Shown here: piece by piece, positions 52,421 to 63,266 of the stretch
Position numbering within the stretch: the stretch's first letter is position 1
How the letters are laid out: the number at the start of each line of letters is the position of its first letter
Origin: Leucoraja ocellata
Taxonomy: Eukaryota
Length of the DNA stretch: 64,000 bases
Assembly: GCA_036785375.1 (NCBI GenBank)
Contig: JAWMAR010000036.1
Coordinates: forward strand, 620,001 to 684,000
Direction: 5' to 3'
The notes under the pieces: generated by a model
What the model saw: the letters and a program-made list of their open reading frames with translations, nothing else
Told to the model about the DNA's origin: nothing
The model's database searches: none
Program-made: the position numbers and the translations under genes

Positions 52421-52707
52421 GTTCCTCGGTCGCGAGTTTGAGTCTTCAGTGTAGTTTTTTTCTTGCAGAATAAATGTCTGTATGAAATGCAGTGTGTTGA
52501 ATGAATTCCTGAATTTGTAAATGTGACCGCAGCATTGAATCACCTCCCGCACTCATGTCACCCTAGCGGGGCTACATGCCCTAAGGCGGCCTAAGGCGAC
52601 ATTTTCACACTCTTATATCCGTGTGCAGCAGAGACGCCAAACGTGAGCTTTGGTGTGCAGACGACATCCTGGAAAAAAATGTCTGGTTTCTTCCAGGTAG
52701 TCGATAT

Positions 52708-54838
52708 ACCCTCCCGCGCAATATACCCTCCACTTCTCTTTTTAGTTCCCCTTTCTTCCAGGACCGATCCGAGGTTCCGCTGTCACCTCTGCGGGCCACC
52801 CTCGGTGAACGCTCACTCAACTTTGTCTTGGGATTCCTACTCTCCCGGTCAATGTACCCTCACCTTCTCTTTTATGAATGGGGATTTAGTTCCCCTTTCG
52901 TCGAGGACCGACCGGAGGTTCCGCTGTCACCTCCTGCGGGCCGCCCTCGGTGAACGTCCTGTCTCCCTGTCCCTGGGATAGCAGGGGGCGATCAAACAGC
53001 ACTATACCCCCCTCCCCCTCCCCCAACTCCAGAGGAATCCGCTCCCCGAGGGGCCGCTACGGCGACAAGTGGCAGTTCGCCCACAGCCCGAGAACAAGAC
53101 GCACCTTGCGCACCAGCAGCAGCTGCCCCTCTGGAGTTGGAGCGGGCTGGACTGGAGTTGCTGATCTGGGATCTCCGTGCTTGCAGTGGGGCCTGGGGGT
53201 CGATGTCCCGATGAGGGGGCACAGCTTGGGCTGTGGGCGAACTGCCACTTGTCACCGTAGCGGCCCATCGGGGAACGGCTTCTGGTGGTCCCGATGTCTC
53301 CTGCTAGTTTGCAGTTTGCCTCTGGAGTTGGAACGGGGCTGGGCTGCTGCTGGCTGTGGGGTCTCTGGGATCTCCGTGCTTGCAGTGGGCCTGGGGGCCG
53401 GTGTCCCGTTGGTCTTGACGTCTCCGGTGACTGGCATTGCCGACGTGAAGACAGTGCAAAGCCCCCACGCCGGTGCAATGGGCGGGGAGCTGGAGAGGGG
53501 AGGGAAGGGTCACACACATGGCCGGGAAGCAGAGGTGTAGGTGGGGTGAAACTGAAGGGAGCGACAATCTGCAGCTCCCTGCCTGCTGAGATAAAAAAGT
53601 TCCCACGCAAGACTCACGATACACTGTGTATCGTGAGTCTACCGTGGGAATTTTTTAAACTCAGCGGGCAGACAGCAGCATATTGTCAATTATTAACCCT
53701 CCTGCGCAATATACCCTCACCTTCTCTTTTATGGATGGGGATTTAGTTCCCCTTTCTTCCAGGACCGACCTGAGGTTCCGCTGTCACCTCTGCGGGCCAC
53801 CCTCGGTGAACGCTCACTCAACTTTGTCTTGGGATTCGTACTCTCCCGGTCAATGTACCCTCACCTTCTCTTTTATGAATGGGGATTTAGTTCCCCTTTC
53901 GTCGAGGACCGACCGGAGGTTCCGCTGTCACCTCTGCGGGCCGCCCTCGGTGAACGTCCTGTTTCCCTGTCCCTGGGATAGCAGGGGGCGATCAAACAGC
54001 ACAATACCCCCCTCCCCCTCCCCCCCACCCCCAACTCCAGAGGAATCCGCTCCCCGATGGGCCGCTACGGCGACAAGTGGCAGTTCGCCCACAGCCCGAG
54101 CTGGGCGACCTCAAGAACAAGATGCACCTTGCGCACCATCAGTTTCTGCCCCTCTGGAGTTGGAGCGGGGCTGGGCTGGAGTTGCTGATCTGGGATCTCC
54201 GTGCTTGCAGTGGGCCTGGGGGTCGGTGTCCCGATGAGGGGGCACAGCTCGGGCTGTGGGCGAACTGCCACTTGTCGCCATAGTGGCCCATCGGGGAGCG
54301 GCTCCTGGTGGTCTCGATGTCTCCCGCTAGTTCGCAGTTTTCCTCTGGAGTTGGAACGGGGCTGGGCTGCTGCTGGCTGTGGGTCTCTGGGATCTCCGTG
54401 CTTGCAGTGGGCCTGGGGGTCGGTGTCCCGTTGGTCCTGACGTCTCCGGTGACTGGCATTGCCGACGTGAAGACAGTGCAAAGCCCCCACGCCGGTGCAA
54501 TGGGCGGGGAGCTGGAGAGGGGAGGGAAGGGGTCACACACATGGCCGGGAAGCAGAGGTGTAGGTGGGGTGAAACTGAAGGGAGCGACAATCTGCAGCTC
54601 CCTGCCCGCTGAGTTAAAAAAGTTCCCACGCAAGACTCACGATACACTGTGTATCGTGAGTCTACCGTGGGAACTTTTTTAACTCAGCGGGCAGACAGCA
54701 GCAGATTGTCAATTATTAACCCTCCCGCGCAATATACCCTCACCTTCTCTTTTATGGATGGGGATTTAGTTCCCCTTTCTTCGAGGACCGACCGGAGGTT
54801 CCTCTGTCACCTCTGCGGGCCGCCCTCCATGAACGTTT
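52708..54838. repeat. Tandem array of ~1-kb GC-rich units (52708-53695, 53696-54718, partial from 54719)
   Basis: Unit start accctc(c/t)gcgcaatataccctc recurs at 52708, 53696 and 54719; units contain shorter sub-repeats and a 125-nt palindrome. Confidence 0.92.
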
Positions 54839-55149
54839 TCAAGGACCTTTTTTCAAGGACTGAAAAAATGTCGCTATTCGGAGGTTTTCGTTATTTGGAT
54901 CTTCGGATAAAAGGTTGTGCACCTGTATTAGAAATAGAGACAGGAATAAGCCCTTTAGCTTGTGATGCCTGTCCATTATTCATCAAATTATTTTACCTCT
55001 ACCACTCCCTTGTACTAAACCCATATTCCTTGATACCTTTTTGGTCTCTGTGTGGGTGTGACCTCCCGCTGTAGAAATTTCTACTTGCCTATGCCATGGA
55101 ATAGACAATGTGGGAAAGGTGAGTCAGAGTGGAAAAACAGTTTTTTTAA

Positions 55150-56504
55150 ACTGTGCCCAAAAGCCAGTATTAGCCCAGTGCTGATGTGGATCTTGGACAA
55201 GGAGCAATCAAAGCAAAGCAGCGAGAAGAGCTTATTGGCTGAAACCCATGGGAAAGGTGAGTAACGCACAGAGGAAAAACAGTTTAAAACTGAGGAATTT
55301 GTAAATGAGGCAATTTCTCAGTCAATATAAGTAAGGCTGCTCCAAGGGAGCGGCAGTGAGGGAGGTGCCTTGTGAGTTAAGTGTGAGTCTTCGGCGAGGA
55401 GGCTGTGGAGAGGAGGCTACGCAAAAGCTCGCGAGGACGGGACGTGGTGAACACATGACAGGACAGATGAGACAGTGATGCTTGCAGAATGTGGGAGCCC
55501 AGGGACACAGATGGAGTCTCTGGCTGCTACAACTATGGCAAGTGTGTCCAGCTTCAACTCATAAAGGACCGTGTTCGGGCACTGGAGAAGTAGCTGGTGA
55601 CCTCGGGGACATCCGGGAAAACAAGAGTTTCCTGGACAGGACCTTCAGTGAGGTTGGCACGCTGAGGATACGGGAAGAACGAAGGTGTGTGACTGAGAGA
55701 AAGGGTGGTAACCGTGGAGTACAGGAGACCCAGGTGGCTGCGCCTAATGAAAACAGGTACGCCCTCTTGAGAACTGTCGGGGAAAACGTTGTTTCCAGTC
55801 CGAGTGGTAGACACATTGGTGGCTCCAATCCTAGAGATGGGACTCGACCGGCGAGACCAGCGTCAGGCTGAGCCATAGTGGTGGGTGACTCCATTGTCCT
55901 AGGAGCAGACAGGAGATTCTGTGGTGGCAGACGAGACGCGAGGATGATCTGTTGCCTCCCTGGTGCCAGGGTTCAGGATGTCATGAGCCGAATTCAGAAC
56001 ATTCGAGAGAGAAAGAGAGAAGGTGAACATCCAGCAGTAGGCACAAATGACATCAGGATGAAGAGGAAGGAGGTTCTCCAACATGAGTTCAGAGAGTTGG
56101 GAAGAAGACTGAAAGGCAAGACTTCAAGCGTGGTTATCTCTGGATTGCTTCCAGTACCTCGTGCTAGTGAGGACAGGAACAGGGAGATAGGGAATCTGAA
56201 TGTGTGGCTAAGGGGTAGTGCAGGGAGCAAGGATTTAGATTTATAGCCCACTGGGATCTCTTCTGGGATAGAGGATGACCTGTACAAAAGGGACGGGTTA
56301 CACCTTAACTGGAGGGGGACAGACATTCTGGCAGGCAGGTTTGCTAGGGCTACACGTGTGGGTTTAAACTAAATAGTGGGGGGGGAGGGATTGACAAATT
56401 GGGAGTATAAAGATGGAGTTGAAGGGGAAGTGAGTACAGGAAAAATTGCAACAGATTCTCGAATTAATGGGAAAAAAAGTTTGAGAAGGGATAAAAGAGT
56501 AAGG
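55150..56504 (+). mobile_element. CR1 LINE 5' end: 5' UTR and decayed ORF1 (Zn-finger/coiled coil plus SGNH esterase)
   Basis: C..CRMWE....YGKCVQLQLIKDRVRALEK, then VVGDSIV...CCLPGARVQDV...VGTNDI...VVISGLLPVP...DGLHLN, the esterase-type ORF1 of CR1/L2 elements; ORF2 absent. Confidence 0.9.
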
Positions 56505-56654
56505 TTCCAAAGGCATCTGGGCCATTGCATTGTACCACATCTCCTTTGCAGAGGTGAAAGACTGCTTGGTTGCCCCGGGACACCGTCACATTTTTCTTTC
56601 ATTTCCCTCCTTCTACAGTAGCATCAGGATGCATAGCAGGATGAATCGCCTCAT
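56505..56654 (-). pseudogene. ERV env N-terminus (signal peptide and start of SU)
   Basis: ATG at 56654: MRRFILLCILMLL*KEGNEKKNVTVSRGNQAVFHLCKGDVVQCNGPDA, with a hydrophobic leader, NVT sequon and Cys pair, directly downstream of integrase. Confidence 0.55.
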
Positions 56655-56919
56655 TTTAATTTATCTGGAATATGCAAAGGCTCACAAAAAGCTAATTTCT
56701 TACTTAATTGACGATCAACTATTCACTCAAGTTAACCGTCCTTCCATCAGTAAGTCCAGTAATCAGTCGCATATTCTTAACCAAATAAGGATTTAAAACT
56801 AAACTTATAAGGATACAACTGCCAAGCAAAGCAGAAATGTAAAAACTAAAAAAACTCTAAAAACTCTTGTTGAAAATAAAATTACTCTTCTCCCTCCCCC
56901 CTTCCCCCCCCACCCCCCT

Positions 56920-58654
56920 TTTTGATTGGGCTCCCCAATCCATTTGCAGTGGTGCAGATGAACCCATGGAGCACGACCCTTGACCTTGGCAGCAGTCAGT
57001 GGCGAGGAGGACCTGGAAGGGACCATCCCAAAGTGGGGAGAGGTGCTTACGCGTCCAGTTACTGACCAGCACATAGCAACCTGGCTCAATATTAGATGGA
57101 ACTTTGAGTGCTGGCGCCTCGCCATATGCAGCCCTGACCTGTGAATGAGAAGTTCGCAAAGCACGAGCTAAAATTAATACATAGGATGTCATTTCTTCAG
57201 TCATCTGGAGTAAATGGACTGCTGCGGGGGCATGGTCATTCCATGGCGTACATAAAGGTCGACCATAAAATTGTCGTCCCCCGTCCCCTCCATGTTTTGA
57301 TAGTGAGTTCCGTTCTTGGTCGTGCCGTACCAGAAGGAGTGGTCCATATCTGAAAAAGAGCTGCAGGAAGCAGTTTTAACCATGTTAAGCCAGTCTGTGC
57401 CACTAATTTTGCTAATTTGGTTTTCAAGGCTGATTTGCCCGTTCCACCAATCCGGCGGCCTGAGGTCGATACGCACAATGGAGCTGTTGATGTATCTGTA
57501 ATTGTTGGCACATTTCTTTGTTTACAGCAGCAATAAAATGAGGACAATTATCTGAATTTAAACGTGCAGGAACACCGAATCGCGGTATGATTTTGCGTAA
57601 CAATATTTTTACAACGGTAGAGGCCTTATTGTCAGTGGTCGGGTATGCTTCAGTCCATTTACTGAAAACATCGACAATTACAAGAACATACTTATAACAC
57701 TGGCATCTTTCCAACTCAATGTAGTCCATTTGCAAGGTCTCAAAGGGACCTGCTGGTAAAGCGATCTTACCTGGTTCACAGGGCAAGCCTTTACCTGGAT
57801 TATGCTGCTGGCAAATCAGACATCGCTGGCTGATACGCTGGGACAAGTCCAGAAGTTTCGGATGTCACCAGGTCTCTAAAAGCATATCATTTACGCCCTT
57901 GGCACCACAATGAGTTGCAAAGTGTACACATTCAATAACCCACAGCGCAAGCTCATCAGACGTGCAAGTCTGGGTGGCAGGCGTAACCCATAAGTTAGTG
58001 ACAGGATCGTACACACAACCTTGGTCCTGCCACAGCTGTTTTACCTGTGCAGGAGCGTCCTGCATTTGAAGTACTTCCTGGATGGTTGGCATTCCTTTTT
58101 CCAGAGGAGACTGATTCTTACTAGAATTTTTAGTGTGCCTCATCATTCGGGGCATAACAACCTGGTTGGTCTTAGAAGCTTTTTTAGCGGCCTCATCGGC
58201 AAGGCGATTGCCGATATCTATAGGGCTCTATAGGGCAGCTGATTGGAGGCTGTTGTAGATTGCCGATAGAATCTGAGTGCAGTAAGGGTAGCCCAATGCT
58301 ACAGGATCCAACTTGGATGAATAATATGCCACAGGGCGGTGCTTGTTGCCAAGTTTCTGAGTCAAGACAGCTGTTGAGCAGCCATCCATTACCGTGCGAT
58401 AAAGCAGGAAAGGTCGGTCATATAGTGGTTGGCCAAGGGCCGGAGCACTGGCTAAGTCAGTCTTTAATTGTAGAAAGGCCTTTTCTGCCATGTCGTCAAG
58501 CTGAAAGGTGCCATTCATAGAGGTGTACGGAGTCAGATGTTTGGTCATCGTGGTGATGTTAGGGATCCACTGTCTGCAGTAATTGATCATTCCCAGCCAT
58601 TTTTGGACTTGTTTGGCGGTTGTTGGTAGGGACGTATGGCAAATGGGCTGAATC
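56920..58654 (-). pseudogene. ERV pol remnant: RT thumb/connection, RNase H C-terminal helix, integrase
   Basis: PTTAKQVQKWLGMINYCRQWIP, LASAPALG.P.Y..PF.L, RPVAYYSSKLDPVA; GNRLADEAAK; H..THCG, CLICQQHN, LQMDYIEL, VDVFSKWTEAYP, LNSDN, YRPQAAGLVERAN; WDGPFQVLLAT...WVHLHHCK. Confidence 0.95.
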
Positions 58655-59285
58655 AGGCTCCCAATGTTAAATTCCTGGGATATGTGGGCAGCCATGTTAG
58701 TAATGCTAGAGGATTCATCAGGGACATAGTTGCAGCATTCCTGCCCTATAAAAGCACAAGTCCCTCCTTTTATTCTACAGGGCTATGGTGCGAAGTGCAA
58801 CCAATTCAGCTGTTTTGGATGAGAGGGCCTTTTGCGTGTAGGTAAAGGCATCCGCAGTTTCATTAACCAATTTCTCCAATGCAGAGGCCATATTAATCAA
58901 TTCCCATGATAGGTGGGCTGTCCCGTAATGTGGGAAGGCAATCATCCAGAATCGCTTTGACTTCGCTTAGCCCTCATGGGGATATACAATTCCATTAGAT
59001 GTTACACAGCTCACATGTGAGGGACAGCGAAGGCCAATCCCTTCAGTTGTAGGTTGGCCTGATCAACCTTTCCCAGTTCTTCTCATCCTCGGGTGGCATA
59101 CCAGGTAACCATGGATATGCCCAGAATCCGCACACAAAATACGTCCCATTTATTAGACGCGGCGGGCCACTAGCACTAACCTTGGTGCAGGTGCTGTTCC
59201 CTAAGTATACCCCCTTGCCTCCTTGGTTACAATAACGACTGGGCTGTGGGAGCAATCCACTAATTTGAGCCGTGGTATATCCCAA
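58655..59285 (-). pseudogene. ERV env SU C-terminus and TM ectodomain (gamma-type)
   Basis: NGTYFVCGFWAYPWLP; furin site RAKR (58974-58963); heptad repeat ELINMASALEKLVNETADAF...ELVALRTIAL*N; CX6CC motif CAFIGQECC (58758-58732). Confidence 0.88.
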
Positions 59286-59904
59286 ACCCTGATCTCATTT
59301 ACTTTCTATCCCGACTTAAAAGGGGCCACACATTTACTTGCCTGGGGACAGGAAACCTGGTTGCTCATTTGCATTCCAAAAGACAAACACCGTGATCACA
59401 TCAAAACAAGCTTTCCCAAAAGAACTCAAACTCACTCAGTAATCCATAACTATTTGCCAATATCCTTAAACCATTTTAAAAATAGATCATTATTAAGAAA
59501 AAACAATTAAAAAAATAATTCCCAATTGTTCCAATCTATCTCCCCAAATTCACAATTTCTAATTCCTAGTATAAATGTATATTAATCACAATTTTCCCAA
59601 ATTAACATTTTTTCTGCGATATTGGCATCTTAATCTCATCTAACACTTTAACCAGGATGCCAAAAGCATCCGGGTCTCTTTTTGAACTCAATTAAAAAGA
59701 TAAGAAATAGAACGAAAACAAACTTAAAACATGGATAAGACTAAACAAACTGCATATTTGCATCTCTCCTCTGTTTAAAAGTTAAGAGAAAACAAAGAAT
59801 AACCCGTTAATTTCCACACAAATAGATAAGCATATCCAAAGAACAAGGGAAAATAAAATAATTGTGTGTGGCTCCACCCGCACACAACTGCAACTTCTTA
59901 AAAA

Positions 59905-61872
59905 CTTCATAATTGGCGGTCACTCAAAACGACTATGACTGTCCTCTCCATAGGGTCATCTACTTGTGGGTCTGCAGATGTCTAGAGGCCGATCCACGAT
60001 CCACACGCCTTCATGCAACGTGGGCAGTGGAGATTGGTGGTGGTTGGTAGTCGTCGAGCCCCCTTCTCTCTCTCCTTACGGTGCTGTCGCTTTGTCTCTG
60101 CGATACAAATCGTGACGTGCAGCTCCTTCCTGCATGGATTTCCTCCAGGAGTGCCTGTCCAGTGCAATGTGTTCCCAGTTGCTCGATGTGATATGGAAAT
60201 TCTTCAGACTGTTCTTGATGTTGTCCTTGAAGTGTTTCTTTGGCCTGCCGGGGGCTCGCCGGCCTTCCTTCAATTGAGAATACAGGATTTGTTCAGTGAG
60301 ACGTGTGTTGGACATGCGGATGACATGGCCAGTCCATCGAAGTTGCTGCTGCATTATTGTGGTGGTGATGCTGGTCATGTTGGCTTCCTCCAAAACGCTG
60401 ATGTTGGTGCGTTTCTCCTCCTAGCTGATCCTCAGAATCCTTCGTAAGGATCTTTGATGGTATTGTTCCAGGGCTCTCAGATACCTGCTGTAGGTGGTCC
60501 ATAAAATGGCTCCATACAACAGGGTGGAGAGGACAACGGCTCTGTAGACCAGCAGTTTTGTTTGAGCCTTTAGGTCTCGGTCTTCAAAGACTCTTTTCCT
60601 GAGTCGGGCGTAGGCTCCACTGCCACAACTCAGGCGATGGTTGACTTCAGAGTCGATGTCAGCTTTTGAGGAAAGAATGCTGCCAAGGTAGGGGAAGTGG
60701 TCAACGTTTTCAAGAGTGGTGTCGTCCACTTTTATGATGAGCTTGGTAGACGGCTGGTTAGGTGTAGGTTGATGTAGGACCTGGGTATCCTTGATATTTA
60801 AGGTTAGGCCCATGGCTCTGTATGCCTTGGCAAAGGCATTCAGGATGCCCCAGAGGCCTTCTGCAGCGTGTTCTGCAATGGCGTACATGAGCTTGAAGTA
60901 TGGCAGCAATGAAGACGACAAACAGGGTGGATGCGATGATGCATCCCTGTTTGACCCCTGTTCCCACAGTGAAGGGCACGGGCTCAGAGCCACAGTTGCT
61001 GAGCACTGACCGACATGCCATCATGTAGAAGCCTCAAAATTCTGATATACTTATCGTGATAACCGTGCCTTTATAGTATGCTCCAAAGAGCCTACTGAGT
61101 CAAAAGCCTTTGTCAGGTCTATGAAGGCAGGGCTCTCACTTAACTTTTTTTCACTGTTGCCAGTCGGGCAACCTCAACAGCTTTTTAGGCAGCCGAATGA
61201 CAGTTTAGATGGTCATTTAAGACGGTTTGCATGACGCATGCGATAACGTGCTCGGACGAAGTGCGTAGTTACCAGTCGGAAACGTTGCCTATTTCCTTCG
61301 CTCCATAGATGCTGCCGCATCCGCTGAGTTTCTCCAGCACTTTTGTCTACACTCACATGTTATTTCTGCTTCAAATAAAGTCACAAACTAAACATATTCA
61401 CAAATCAAGGCATGATGTATACCACAATGACATGCAGCAAAATTAGAATACAGTACCTGGCTCGTACCATGACATAGTCAATGAGATGCCACTGTTTGGA
61501 GAGTGGGTGTCTCCAAGATACCGTAAGTTTATTTTTCTGGCGAAAGAGGGTGTTCGAGATGCTGAGCAAATTTACTTTGAAGCAGAGCTCCATTGGAGTT
61601 GATATTCCCGATGCCTTTATTTCCTATGGTACCCTGCCAGAGGTAATTGTCCCGGCCGACCCTGGTGTTGAAGTCTCCTAGGAGAATAATCTTATCCTCC
61701 CTGGGGATTTTAGACAGTCTCATTCAAGCAGGCATGGAAGGTCTCTTTTGCTTCCTCTTCCAAGTCTGAAGTAGGGGCATAGGCACTCACAACTGTTGCC
61801 ATCTGGTTGTTGGCAAGCACCAGACGGATGGTCATGAGACGCTCACTGATTCCCACAGGAAGTTCAGACACT
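59905..61872 (-). mobile_element. RTE-clade LINE, internally deleted, inserted in the ERV leader
   Basis: Endonuclease VSAYAPT, ILLGDFNTRVG, SWRHPLSKQWHLIDYVMVR; RT FIDLTKAFDS, GVKQGCIIASTLF, VDHFPYLGS, LRWTGHVIRM; C-terminal CPRC..ACGS.IGL..H zinc finger. Confidence 0.92.
61128..61450. mobile_element. One-ended hAT-like fragment with nested Penelope pLTR piece, at the RTE deletion junction
   Basis: Begins CAGGGCTCTCACTTAAC; contains gaaacgttgcc...gctgagtttctccagcacttttgtctac; second TIR not found. Confidence 0.45.
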
Positions 61873-63055
61873 ACCTCGTAAAACACATGAGACTCTACAA
61901 TTATTTATTACGTAGAAGGGCAAAATCATTCAATGATATTCTTTTTTTTATCTGAATTAAAGGATTAATTCAACATTCACCCAAAAGCAGTTCCACCAAC
62001 ATATAACAATCTTTAAACTCTCTTACTTTATACATTTTTTTCTGTGACATTTACTCACAAGTAGCCACACCTCATGCAATATGCTAAATATCACAGATAT
62101 TCACAATGAAATTCTCACTCAAAAGTAAAACACAATTATACACACCTCAAGGAAATTATTCAAACTCTTAAACTTGGATACACCCAAATACGCTCATAAG
62201 CTTGCCCACTATTCCACACATTTACTGAATTAACATGGAATTTTCACAAAGAAAATGGGCATTACAATTAGGTTTTTAAATTGTAAGGTGTATCTCCATT
62301 GTTTTCCCTCCTTACCAGCATGGGTAAGGAAGTGTATATAATATAAAAGAACAGGCAGAAAAACATCAGGTGCAAACTTGTCCGAGAGGGGTGAGCCAGA
62401 GGCAAGCAAAAGAGTCAATGGCACAGCCCTCTCGTTTCCAAAAACTGCGTTGTGCGGCAGAGGAGTCACTCTGTATCAACTTTACATCGCCCATGTCTTG
62501 GCAAGGCCATTCTGTCTACTAGAAACTTTGGTTCTGTGGGGACCAATGTGCAGAATTCGGTGCCTTGGCAGAGGCAAGGGGGCGACAGTAGCATCCTGTT
62601 TCAATAATGCTCTGCGTTGTTTAACTATCTCACTGATAGCCTCAATTACTGCTCCTCCTTCCCCTTTTCTACAAACAGGGTTGCCATGCCAGACAAGGGG
62701 TCCCTGGAGTTATTTTGTTTTGGCACCTATTTTTCCTCTTTTTATTTTACCAATTGTCGCTTAATTTGCGACTCAATCATGCCTTTTCTTTTTTGGCCTT
62801 TTCCTCTTGTTACCAATTACATTCTGCTTGTTACACATCCCAATTCTTAGGTATACCATCCTCTATCTCTTTTCTGCCTTTTTAACAGTTTCTACATTCC
62901 ATGTTCCTCCGACTGGCTATAATTCATGGCATCCACCATGTCATTCTTATAGATCAATCACGTTTGCTGATCTGATCGTGTCTGTGTTTAGTGATGTGCA
63001 CCCGGTCCATAATCCAGTTCAGGTTTTTTTAATATATCATTCGGCAGGCATATAG

Positions 63056-63197
63056 TGACAGTATAGCCATAAGTTAGTTAGTTAGTTAGTCCTGAAGTCT
63101 GGAGAAGATAGTACTACTATGTGTTTTCTCTACATATTCACTCAATAAAGAACTTGTATTTGAAGTTAATCGACTCAATGTTATTACAGCTTCAACA
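63056..63197 (+). mobile_element. 5' LTR of a Ty3/Gypsy retrotransposon (142 bp)
   Basis: TG...CA termini, AATAAA at 63144-63149, immediately followed by a PBS. Confidence 0.8.
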
Positions 63198-63211
63198 TGG
63201 TGTCAGAAGTG
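63198..63211 (+). promoter_or_regulatory. Primer-binding site complementary to the tRNA-Leu 3' end
   Basis: TGGTGTCAGAAGTG directly after the LTR CA. Confidence 0.8.
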
Positions 63212-63266
63212 AAGAACTGACTCCTCCATTGATTTTACTGTTTTTATTTTGTAAATCGTTTTTACC

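Larger units (their letters stand above)
52251..54925. mobile_element. Non-autonomous Tc1/mariner-superfamily (pogo/Tigger-like) DNA transposon with internal tandem repeats
   Basis: Perfect 23-bp TIR CAGGTGCACAACCTTTTATCCGA (52251-52273, 54903-54925) flanked by TA on both sides; no transposase recognised. Confidence 0.92.
56505..63055 (-). mobile_element. Decayed, rearranged class I (gamma/epsilon-like) endogenous retrovirus
   Basis: Minus-strand order: gag-MA-like W*PVGGTWNVETVKKAE (~62920), long AT-rich leader, env SU-end/TM (59285-58655), RT thumb/connection, RNase H tail, integrase, env signal peptide. No LTR or PBS seen in the window. Confidence 0.85.

Noticed and set aside
52708-54838. 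CRISPR-like array
   Set aside because: Eukaryotic context; whole units are duplicated, with no unique spacers between short repeats.
52605-55074. Many overlapping 100-200 aa ORFs
   Set aside because: They arise from GC-rich tandem units inside a non-autonomous transposon, frames differ between units, and no transposase motifs are present.
56895-56925. Purine run after integrase as the polypurine tract before a 3' LTR (implying a natively env-first genome)
   Set aside because: A probable env signal peptide follows ~250 nt downstream and no LTR features are evident, so canonical pol->env order is retained at this end.
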